IMG/VR virus record: IMGVR_UViG_3300036828_000615
Location: 64,001 to 86,870 of that record
Length of the DNA: 22,870 bases
Reading direction: 5' to 3' (one strand)
DNA from: a virus
Taxonomy: Duplodnaviria > Heunggongvirae > Uroviricota > Caudoviricetes
Position 1 is the first letter of the stretch, and every line of letters starts with the position of its first letter. The notes below the pieces were generated by a model that was not told the origin of the DNA, did not search any database, and saw only the letters and a list, made by a program, of their open reading frames with translations. Positions 16,366-22,865 of this stretch are shown here, piece after piece. Position numbers and translations under genes: made by a program.

Positions 16366-16601
16366 CGGTGGCGGCCTGCATTCTCGGTGCCCTCAATGTG
16401 TTCCTGCTGATCTGGATGCTCTGGATTCTGTCCAACATCCGCGATGACCAGATGATCATCCGCACCTGGATCGCCAACCAGCTGCGTGAGCGCCGCGCCC
16501 TGATGGGTGCGCCGATGGAGGACGGCGCGTTTTACGAGTGGTTGCGCGCGCATCCTGACCGGCCCGGCCGCGACAACCCTCCGGTGATGGGAAAGCAGTG
16601 A
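16362..16601 (+). CDS. Hypothetical membrane protein (79 aa)
   Basis: N-terminal hydrophobic segment; 4-nt overlaps on both sides. Confidence 0.68.
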   Translation: MTVAACILGALNVFLLIWMLWILSNIRDDQMIIRTWIANQLRERRALMGAPMEDGAFYEWLRAHPDRPGRDNPPVMGKQ

Positions 16602-16795
16602 GCACCTTGAGCGAGTACGTGGACAAACTGCGCACCCTGGCCGAGGGCGCGCTGAGAACCATCGACGAGAAGCGGGTCAAGGAAGTGCAGAAGCCCATCT
16701 TCACCGACCATGAGCGCCAACGTAATTGGTGGGACGGCTACTACCAGGCCATCCTCGACGTCACCGCCGAGATGGAAAAGCAGGCCGCCTCGTGA
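16598..16795 (+). CDS. Hypothetical 65-aa protein
   Basis: GTGA overlap; WWDGYYQAILDV helix. Confidence 0.68.
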   Translation: MSTLSEYVDKLRTLAEGALRTIDEKRVKEVQKPIFTDHERQRNWWDGYYQAILDVTAEMEKQAAS

Positions 16796-16953
16796 TGCGG
16801 GTCTCCAAAGCCAACGCCGAGAACGCCAAGGCCAGCTCCGCGGCGGCCAACGAGGCGCGGCGCAAACGCGTTCCCACGGTGATCGACTGGGACGCGGCCA
16901 TCGCCCGCTGTCGCGACATGCTCGACGAGGAGCCCGGTGAGCGGGCCGGTTGA
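16792..16953 (+). CDS. Hypothetical ~53-aa protein
   Basis: GTGA/ATG overlap with the upstream stop; MRVSKANAENAK... Confidence 0.55.
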   Translation: MMRVSKANAENAKASSAAANEARRKRVPTVIDWDAAIARCRDMLDEEPGERAG

Positions 16954-17287
16954 ACGGCTGAGCACACCGATCGAGCGGCTACACCGTACGGTCGGGCGGG
17001 TGCTGGTCACGGTGGCCCAGCTCATGGACATGCACCCCGGCGTGAGCCTGCGCCTGCAGGATGGCGTCTGGATCTGCGAGGAGGCTGCTCCCGCCGTCTG
17101 GTTCGGGATGCCGTTCGTGTGGGGGATCAGGGCCGACCGCGTGGCTAGCCCCTGGTGCCGGCGCGGGCGCATCGTGAACCTGGACGCCGCCAACGGCAGC
17201 TGGCGCTGGAAGCTCACCGATCAGTACCGCATGGGCACCAACCCCGACGGCGAGCTGCGCTCCCAGCTCGGGATCTGGCCGGACTGA
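16937..17287 (+). CDS. WPD-terminal family protein 1
   Basis: GAGGAG before GTG 16937 (alternative ATG 17024); WRWKLT...LGIWPD-stop. Confidence 0.65.
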   Translation: MSGPVERLSTPIERLHRTVGRVLVTVAQLMDMHPGVSLRLQDGVWICEEAAPAVWFGMPFVWGIRADRVASPWCRRGRIVNLDAANGSWRWKLTDQYRMGTNPDGELRSQLGIWPD

Positions 17288-17415
17288 TGAGTATCCACAA
17301 GGTCCGCTGCTGGCTGTGCGGGCACATGGTGACGGCCCAGGCTTCGCGATGGAACGACGAGAAGTTCGCCTGGCAGTGCAAGGACGCCGGGCGGTGCCGC
17401 AAGCGACGGAAATGA
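17287..17415 (+). CDS. 42-aa Cys-rich basic microprotein
   Basis: TGATG overlap; MSIHKVRCWLCG...WQCKDAGRCRKRRK. Confidence 0.62.
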   Translation: MSIHKVRCWLCGHMVTAQASRWNDEKFAWQCKDAGRCRKRRK

Positions 17416-17718
17416 TCACTCCGGCGTAGAGAAAATATCCGTATATCCGTACGGGTTCTCGGCGTCGTCGATGAAGCCCTCCGCGCGCAGCCACGCCAAC
17501 CACTGCTCGGTGCTGCGGCGGCGCGCCGGCAACTCCACGCCGGGATGCGGGTTGGCCGCCATCCACTCGGCGACCAGCTGATTGGTGCACACCACCGCCG
17601 GGTCCAGGCTGCCGTCGGTGCGCGGGAACTGCGGCTGCGGCGGCGTGAACGGGTTGGGCCACGCCAGCATGTAGCGCAGCAGCTCCCACTGCCACGGCTG
17701 CATCTCTAGTCCGGCCAT
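17416..17718 (-). CDS. Hypothetical ~100-aa protein
   Basis: The ATG at 17718 lies inside the upstream WPD-stop (MAGLEMQ...); alternative ATG 17703. Confidence 0.6.
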   Translation of the reverse strand: MAGLEMQPWQWELLRYMLAWPNPFTPPQPQFPRTDGSLDPAVVCTNQLVAEWMAANPHPGVELPARRRSTEQWLAWLRAEGFIDDAENPYGYTDIFSTPE

Positions 17719-18092
17719 ACCCCCAGTCTCCACACGTCATCGTCGCGCCCGAAGGTCTCCACGCCGAACCCGCGTCGGGCGTCGGCCGGGTCGCGCGGGA
17801 TGGTGGTGTCGGTCAGCCGCCACACCGCCGACCACTTCACCGTCGTCCACTCGTCGGTGCCGTAATGCTCGTAGCGCAGGTGGCCCAGCGTGAAGACCTT
17901 GCCTTCGACGGGGTTCAGCGTCCAGGCGCCCAGGTCGAGCTCGTCGATCGGCCACCGCGCATCGCCGATCGGCCACCGCTCGGCCAGGAAGACTTGCTCG
18001 AGGTGGCGGTCCAGAAACCACAGCCGGGGCCGACGTTCGGGTACGCCGGTGAAGATGTAGCCGACGAACTCGTCGTCACTCAGTCCGGCCAT
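17706..18092 (-). CDS. WPD-terminal family protein 2
   Basis: 128 aa; VWRLT...LGVWPD-stop; start lies inside the preceding WPD-stop. Confidence 0.7.
   Translation of the reverse strand: MAGLSDDEFVGYIFTGVPERRPRLWFLDRHLEQVFLAERWPIGDARWPIDELDLGAWTLNPVEGKVFTLGHLRYEHYGTDEWTTVKWSAVWRLTDTTIPRDPADARRGFGVETFGRDDDVWRLGVWPD
17708..18092 (-). repeat. 11-bp direct repeats ATGGCCGGACT bracketing WPD gene 2
   Basis: Plus-strand agtccggccat at 17708-17718 and 18082-18092. Confidence 0.85.
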
Positions 18093-18451
18093 TTGCCCTC
18101 GTACATCGTGCTCTGCGTCAGCGGGAAGTAGGTCCCGGTCAGCACCCAGATCCCGCGGTCATGGTGGGGGAACTCGTGGGTGATCTTGGTGCCTTTGGGC
18201 CACAGGAACCAGCCGACGTAGTCCCGCTCGTCCTTGCACACCGCCTCGTAGCCCCGGGCGAGCAGGACGTGGTACTCGTAGCGGTCCCATTCGGGCATCG
18301 TGGCCAGCCAGTTGTGCGCGTCCTCCAGGGCCGGCAGCGCGACCTCGCACCACATCGGCGGCTCGGACAGGAACGCGTCAGTGAAGTACAGCCGCGGGCA
18401 TTCGATGATCGGCCCGCTGACCCCCGGCGGGTGCACGATACCCAGGCTCAT
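18080..18451 (-). CDS. WPD-terminal family protein 3
   Basis: ATGA-coupled start at 18451; 123 aa; IWVLT...EGKWPD-stop. Confidence 0.7.
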   Translation of the reverse strand: MSLGIVHPPGVSGPIIECPRLYFTDAFLSEPPMWCEVALPALEDAHNWLATMPEWDRYEYHVLLARGYEAVCKDERDYVGWFLWPKGTKITHEFPHHDRGIWVLTGTYFPLTQSTMYEGKWPD

Positions 18452-18672
18452 ATTCCCAACACCTTGTCGACGGCCTGGTCGATGCTCAGCTCGCCGGCCT
18501 GCACGGCACGCAGGAGGATCACGGTGCGGCAGCCCAGACAGCCCTCGTCGAGATAGCACCACTCACGGCACTGGAAACACCAGGCGCGGTGCTCGCCGAC
18601 CGTGCGGTGCTCGCCGCAGGGACGCGGGTCGTGTCCTTGGAAGTTGCCCGCCGCGTCGTAGACCGCGCTCAT
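18448..18672 (-). CDS. Cys-rich 74-aa protein (CGEHRTVG..RAWCxxCxEWC type)
   Basis: 4-nt overlaps at both ends; the motif is one I recognise from small mycobacteriophage proteins. Confidence 0.72.
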   Translation of the reverse strand: MSAVYDAAGNFQGHDPRPCGEHRTVGEHRAWCFQCREWCYLDEGCLGCRTVILLRAVQAGELSIDQAVDKVLGI

Positions 18673-18821
18673 AGATTCTCGATCGTCACGCCGGCCACGA
18701 TCTGCTCGGCGATGCCGCGCAGGATCGCGACCACCAGCTCGTTGCCCACCCCGGGCGCCTGCTTGAAGTCGTAGGTGCCGTCGCGGCGGTAGACCACTTC
18801 GAGCAGGGTGTCCTCATCCAT
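18669..18821 (-). CDS. Hypothetical 50-aa protein
   Basis: Not in the ORF track; MDEDTLLEVVYRRDGTYDFKQAPGVGNELVVAILRGIAEQIVAGVTIENL; overlaps both neighbours. Confidence 0.65.
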   Translation of the reverse strand: MDEDTLLEVVYRRDGTYDFKQAPGVGNELVVAILRGIAEQIVAGVTIENL

Positions 18822-19341
18822 CGCGACCGTCCATGCGCCACTCGTCCTCCTCGCAGCCGCCGTAGGCCCACCACGGTTTCATCCCGGCCCGCACGTCGGT
18901 CACCGCCTCGAGGTGCCCGCGGGCCGCCTGTGCCTCGGTGCAGTAGCGGCGCTGCCAGTGGCTGTATTGGCCGCCGAAGATCATGGTCTCGAAGATGACC
19001 GGTTGATACGCCTCGCCCAGCGCCTCGCGCTCGGTGAAGCTGCAGAAGCCGTGGTCGATGCCCAGCCACACCGTGCTCACGGTGACCTCGCCGATGCGGT
19101 CCTCCCCGACGCGCAGATACGCCCGCGCGCCGTAATGCCCGTCGGGGTCCAGGCCGGTCTCGCGCAGCTCGCCCCAGCGGGTCATGGAGATCGGGCGGGC
19201 CTGGCGGTCGAAGTAGAGCGGGCGGCCCATGAACGGGTCGATGACGTCGTCGATCCAGTCGTCGATCGCGATCACCCGGCCGACCTTGACCGTCTGCCAG
19301 GCCGCGAACAGCGGGTCGTACGGCAGCGGCAGGTTAGTCAT
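18814..19341 (-). CDS. Conserved phage hypothetical protein (VSTVWLGIDH...FETMIFGG)
   Basis: TGATG-coupled start at 19341; 175 aa; motif VSTVxLGxDH...P..FETMIFGG...RY.T...A..GH. Confidence 0.72.
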   Translation of the reverse strand: MTNLPLPYDPLFAAWQTVKVGRVIAIDDWIDDVIDPFMGRPLYFDRQARPISMTRWGELRETGLDPDGHYGARAYLRVGEDRIGEVTVSTVWLGIDHGFCSFTEREALGEAYQPVIFETMIFGGQYSHWQRRYCTEAQAARGHLEAVTDVRAGMKPWWAYGGCEEDEWRMDGRDG

Positions 19342-19580
19342 CACCGGTCCTGCGCGATCCGGCGCCACGCCTCGGCCGACTCCCGCCAGGTCGCCGCTGT
19401 CTGTTGCCACATCAACGACGCCTCCCGCCACGCGTCAATGGTCTTCTGGTTCATGATGAGCACGCCCAGTAGCAGCGCCAGCGAGAGGGTGTCGAGGTTG
19501 TGGCCGTAAAACAGGAACAACCACAAGTTGAGCGCCGCGGCGATCCCGTACACCCAGATACTCACCCGCGAGAAGGTCAT
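19341..19580 (-). CDS. Two-TM membrane protein
   Basis: TACGGT-N7-ATG 19580 (alternative GTG 19589); two hydrophobic segments then an amphipathic tail. Confidence 0.65.
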   Translation of the reverse strand: MTFSRVSIWVYGIAAALNLWLFLFYGHNLDTLSLALLLGVLIMNQKTIDAWREASLMWQQTAATWRESAEAWRRIAQDR

Positions 19581-19615
19581 GGACGTCACCGTACCGCGTC
19601 AGGCACAATCCAGTA

Positions 19616-19774
19616 ATGGCAAATGCGGAGGTGTGTCGGCACTGCGGCGAACCCATCCTCAAATTCAACTTCCGCGACCAGGGCGAGCAGTGGTGGCACG
19701 CCAACCCGCTGCGCGGATCCACCACCTATCTGCACTGCGCCGCCGACATTGACCGGCCCAGGGCCGCGCCGTGA
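19616..19774 (+). CDS. 52-aa zinc-ribbon-like microprotein
   Basis: Not in the ORF track; MANAEVCRHCGEPI...WWH...LHC...; CACAAT-N6-ATG upstream; GTGA overlap with the DNA methyltransferase. Confidence 0.65.
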   Translation: MANAEVCRHCGEPILKFNFRDQGEQWWHANPLRGSTTYLHCAADIDRPRAAP

Positions 19775-21135
19775 AGCCCTACTACCACGACGATCAGCTC
19801 ACCCTGTACCACGGCGACGCCCTGGCCGTAGCGCGCGAGCTGCCCGATCGCGCCGTGGACTGCATTGTCAGCAGCCCGCCGTATTACGCGCTGCGTGACT
19901 ACGGCGACCCCGGCCAGTACGGGCTCGAGGACACCCCGGCCGATTATGTGGAGCACCTGCGCGCGCTGTTTTTCGAGCTGCGCCGGGTGCTGGCCGCCGA
20001 CGGGACCTGCTGGCTGGTGCTGGGCGACAGCTACAGCAGCAGGAAGGGCGCGGCCGCCGACGACAAGAACCTGATGGGCATGCCCTGGCGGGTGGCTCGT
20101 GCGCTGCAGCAACCGCAGTACGTCGGCAAGATTCACAATGAAGCGGACCGCGCGTGGCTCGCTGCGATGGTCGACGGTGAAGGCTGCATCGCCATGCATC
20201 GCCGGATGTCTGAAGAACGTAAGCGACCGACCTTCGCGCCGGTGGTCCAAGTGGCTAACACCAATCTGGGATTACTTGAACGCTGCCAACAGGTAGCGGG
20301 CGTTGGGACAATCTCGCATAGCGACCGCGGGCGGAACCGGCGCATTTATCGCTGGTGTGTAATGAGTAACCAAGCGCGTCAACTACTTCGCGAGCTATAT
20401 CCGCACCTAATTGCCAAACAACCGCAAGCTCGCGCCGCGGTAGCCGCATCGTGCGGGGGTGGCCGCTGGGGAGAATCGTCGCCCGGCGCGGAGCGCGCAT
20501 GGTTAGAGATAAAGGCCCTCAACAAGGGCGGCACGCATGATGGCGGATGGCCCGTCCCGGCCAGCATGTTCACTCCTGGATGGATTTTGAGAAATGCCAT
20601 TATTTGGTCGAAGCCCAACACGATGCCCGAGTCGGTCACCGACCGGCTCGCCTCGCGCTACGAGCACGTGTTCCTGTTCGCCAAGCAGCAGCGGTATTTC
20701 TTCGACCTCGACGCGATTCGCGAAGCGCATTCGCCGATCACACTGGACCGCTCGGCGCGTTCGGAGCGCAAACCGTATTCGGCCCGCGGCAGGAGCGGGA
20801 TGGCCAAGGTCCCCGGCCTGGGCGCCTACGGCGCGATCTCGGCGGGCAGGCGCACCCTCAACGAGGCCGGCGCCAACCCCGGGGACGTGTGGTCGGTCCC
20901 CACCGAGAAATTCCCCGGCGCGCACTTCGCCGTCTATCCCGTGGCGCTGGCGCAGCGCGCTATTTCCGCCGGGTGTAAACCCGGCGGAGTCGTATGCGAT
21001 CCGTTCAACGGCAGCGGTACCACCGGGCTGGCCGCCCAGAAAACCGGGCACCACTACATCGGCATCGACATCAGCCGCGACTACCTGGACCTGGCCCTGA
21101 GCACGCGCTTGAGCCAGGCCGCCCTGGACTTCTGA
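19771..21135 (+). CDS. Beta-class N4-C/N6-A DNA methyltransferase with in-frame LAGLIDADG insertion
   Basis: LYHGDAL, IVSSPPYY (motif IV), WLVLGDSY, GWILRNAIIWSKPN.MPES..DR....YEHVFLFAK, HFAVYP and CDPFNGSGTTG (motif I). Confidence 0.9.
   Translation: MKPYYHDDQLTLYHGDALAVARELPDRAVDCIVSSPPYYALRDYGDPGQYGLEDTPADYVEHLRALFFELRRVLAADGTCWLVLGDSYSSRKGAAADDKNLMGMPWRVARALQQPQYVGKIHNEADRAWLAAMVDGEGCIAMHRRMSEERKRPTFAPVVQVANTNLGLLERCQQVAGVGTISHSDRGRNRRIYRWCVMSNQARQLLRELYPHLIAKQPQARAAVAASCGGGRWGESSPGAERAWLEIKALNKGGTHDGGWPVPASMFTPGWILRNAIIWSKPNTMPESVTDRLASRYEHVFLFAKQQRYFFDLDAIREAHSPITLDRSARSERKPYSARGRSGMAKVPGLGAYGAISAGRRTLNEAGANPGDVWSVPTEKFPGAHFAVYPVALAQRAISAGCKPGGVVCDPFNGSGTTGLAAQKTGHHYIGIDISRDYLDLALSTRLSQAALDF
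20113..20574 (+). mobile_element. Single-motif LAGLIDADG endonuclease-like domain without intein blocks (~154 aa)
   Basis: WLAAMVDGEG at 20155-20184, QVANTNLGLL, YRW and LLRELYPHLIAKQPQA; many A/T-ending codons unlike the flanks. Confidence 0.75.
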
Positions 21136-21482
21136 GGCTGGGCGTCTGGTGAGACGCCGGTGAACCACTGCGACGGGTCGAACATCTCGCCGGACAGCAG
21201 CCACACCGGCGCCGGCGGCGTCTTCCACCGGATCCACCGGCACGCGCTCACCAGCCGTGCCCGCTCGTCCTCGTTCCCGGGTGCATTGAGGTAATCGGCA
21301 TGATCGGCGATCGCCGCGCCGACGGCGAACTCGCGCCCACCGACCGCCGACCAGAACGCCAGGCGCATCACGAACACGTTGGGGCCGACGAACTCCTCGT
21401 ATGGCCGCACCAGCCGCCATACCGCCGGGTCGATTCCGCGCGGCTCATCAGGCCGCGGCTCCAGCAGCTTGCGCAGGCTCAC
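21081..21482 (-). CDS. Hypothetical 133-aa protein
   Basis: GTGA-coupled start at 21482; the 3' end overlaps the convergent methyltransferase by 55 nt. Confidence 0.6.
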   Translation of the reverse strand: MSLRKLLEPRPDEPRGIDPAVWRLVRPYEEFVGPNVFVMRLAFWSAVGGREFAVGAAIADHADYLNAPGNEDERARLVSACRWIRWKTPPAPVWLLSGEMFDPSQWFTGVSPDAQPQKSRAAWLKRVLRARSR

Positions 21483-21733
21483 GGGTCCTTCCTCCACACT
21501 GCCACGCCGGCCGCGTCGACCTCCCGGGCGATGATCTCCACGGTCACCGTGTAGGAGCCCTCGGCCAGCCGTTTCACCACTGGTCCGCGTTCGCTGATGT
21601 GCCACGGGAAATCCACCCCGTCGATGCGCAGCACATGTTCCTCGCCGTCCTCGCCGGGTGGCGCGGTCGCGGTCGCACACTCGCACCGGTGCCGGATGAC
21701 CACGGTCTCGGCAACCTTGGCCTCAGTCCGCAC
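21479..21733 (-). CDS. Hypothetical 84-aa beta-rich protein
   Basis: GGAGGG upstream; GTG 21733 lies inside the repeat; LRIDGVDFPWHISERGP. Confidence 0.68.
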   Translation of the reverse strand: MRTEAKVAETVVIRHRCECATATAPPGEDGEEHVLRIDGVDFPWHISERGPVVKRLAEGSYTVTVEIIAREVDAAGVAVWRKDP

Positions 21734-21874
21734 GGCGGTCCACCCTCCAGGGCAGCGAATGAAACGGGGCGCCGCACCAGCAGTTCTGGTGCCGGTGGGT
21801 GCGGACGGGAACGCCTGACAGATCGCTGAGAAGCCACACGGGCGGCACGTAGTACTCAGTCCGCACGGCGGTCC
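21722..21874 (-). repeat. 20-bp perfect direct repeats bracketing a microgene
   Basis: ctcagtccgcacggcggtcc at 21722-21741 and 21855-21874. Confidence 0.92.
21723..21866 (-). CDS. 47-aa microprotein between the direct repeats
   Basis: Not in the ORF track; MRTEYYVPPVWLLSDLSGVPVRTHRHQNCWCGAPFHSLPWRVDRRAD; starts in one repeat and stops in the other. Confidence 0.55.
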   Translation of the reverse strand: MRTEYYVPPVWLLSDLSGVPVRTHRHQNCWCGAPFHSLPWRVDRRAD

Positions 21875-22038
21875 CGTCCGGGGTCGCCGCGCTCGATGCG
21901 CTCCAGGCTGCGACACACTCCCGAGGCGCTCATGCCCACCTGGCGCGCGATCTGGCGCATCGAGTAGCCCTTGTTGTAGAGCTCGAGGATGCGCCGGTCG
22001 CGTTCGTCGGCCGCCAGCATGTAGCGCCGCTCAGCCAT
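21856..22038 (-). CDS. Small HTH DNA-binding protein
   Basis: RDRRILELYNKGYSMRQIARQVGMSASGVCRSL. Confidence 0.8.
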   Translation of the reverse strand: MAERRYMLAADERDRRILELYNKGYSMRQIARQVGMSASGVCRSLERIERGDPGRDRRAD

Positions 22039-22213
22039 ATGCCCGCCACCGCTCCACCACGTCGTGGACCTCCTGCATCGTCCCGTACACCACGTCAGTG
22101 ACCTTCAGATCGCGCCCGAAGCGGGTCGCCACCCAGCGCCCGCCCACCACGTCCACCCGCAGTAGGCGGCCGTCGTGGGCCGTCACATGTCCGGTTGACT
22201 GGCCGCTGATCAT
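22031..22213 (-). CDS. Hypothetical 60-aa protein
   Basis: Overlaps the HTH start by 8 nt; GGAGGTGGAG lies upstream but rather far from the ATG. Confidence 0.55.
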   Translation of the reverse strand: MISGQSTGHVTAHDGRLLRVDVVGGRWVATRFGRDLKVTDVVYGTMQEVHDVVERWRAYG

Positions 22214-22289
22214 CGGTTCTCATCTCCACCTCCAAGTCTGAACCGCGTCGAGCGTGGCCGAGGGCGCGACACACCAGGCCATGAGCGAT

Positions 22290-22317
22290 ATGGTAGAGGA
22301 TTACCATGGCCGCGCAA
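22290..22317 (-). promoter_or_regulatory. Leftward SigA-like promoter TTGCGC-16-TACCAT
   Basis: In the AT-richer divergent gap; the -10 is one arm of the palindrome ATGGTA-N6-TACCAT (22290-22307). Confidence 0.45.
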
Positions 22318-22330
22318 CCGCTAATTCCAC

Positions 22331-22359
22331 TTGACATAAGGAGGTAAATAAGGTATAAT
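22331..22359 (+). promoter_or_regulatory. Perfect consensus sigma70/SigA promoter
   Basis: TTGACA (22331)-17 nt-TATAAT (22354). Confidence 0.9.
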
Positions 22360-22413
22360 TAATGTAGAAGGTTGAATTCTGCTTCAAATCCCCACGAGAA
22401 ACGGAGAACTACT

Positions 22414-22719
22414 GTGCCCCCTGATTACCAGGATGAGACCCTGTCCTATCTGCAGTTCGGCGATCTACCCACCGGAATCGGCCCCAACGCCTGGTGTCCG
22501 AATATGGACACCCCCGACTTCTACAGCTACCCCGAGGCGCGGCCGGTGTTCCAGCACGTCACGGTGGTTCCGGCCGAGGGCGTCGTCGAGCGCGCCATCC
22601 TGGCCGACTTCCTCGACTGTCCTCATCGGAGCTGGGCCCAGGCGTTCGCCGCGCTCTGGGCCATCATGGTGATCACCCTGACCGTGATCTGCTTCATCTT
22701 CTGGACGGCCAGCGCATGA
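22414..22719 (+). CDS. Hypothetical membrane protein (101 aa)
   Basis: GGAG RBS before GTG 22414; C-terminal transmembrane segment. Confidence 0.68.
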   Translation: MPPDYQDETLSYLQFGDLPTGIGPNAWCPNMDTPDFYSYPEARPVFQHVTVVPAEGVVERAILADFLDCPHRSWAQAFAALWAIMVITLTVICFIFWTASA

Positions 22720-22865
22720 GCCCGCGCAGCTTCGCCGTCGCGTTGGCCGCGGTGTTCCTGCTGGCGAACCTGTGGAGCAATCCACTGGCCAGCATCGCGG
22801 TCGCCGCGGTCGGCACCGTGCTCATCGCCGGAGGCGCGGCCTGGGCGCTGAGTTTCCGGTCATGA
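22716..22865 (+). CDS. 49-aa two-TM membrane microprotein
   Basis: ATGA overlaps at both ends; MSPRSFAVALAAVFLLANLWSNPLASIAVAAVGTVLIAGGAAWALSFRS. A further gene starts at ATG 22862. Confidence 0.65.
   Translation: MSPRSFAVALAAVFLLANLWSNPLASIAVAAVGTVLIAGGAAWALSFRS

Noticed and set aside
19630-19648. GTGTCGGCACTGCG resembling the box at 8720
   Set aside because: It lies inside a coding region and spells VCRHCG, so the match is explained by coding.
20113-20574. Group I intron or intein explanation for the methyltransferase insert
   Set aside because: The frame is continuous with no room for a ribozyme core, and splice-junction residues and Hint motifs are absent. Not excluded experimentally.
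22095-22337. 80-aa minus-strand ORF
   Set aside because: Runs through the divergent promoter region and gives a low-complexity G/R/P product; the 22031-22213 frame was preferred, with some uncertainty.
22337-22345. Perfect Shine-Dalgarno TAAGGAGGT
   Set aside because: It sits inside the promoter spacer and would not be transcribed from that promoter; the nearest ATG is followed at once by TAG.
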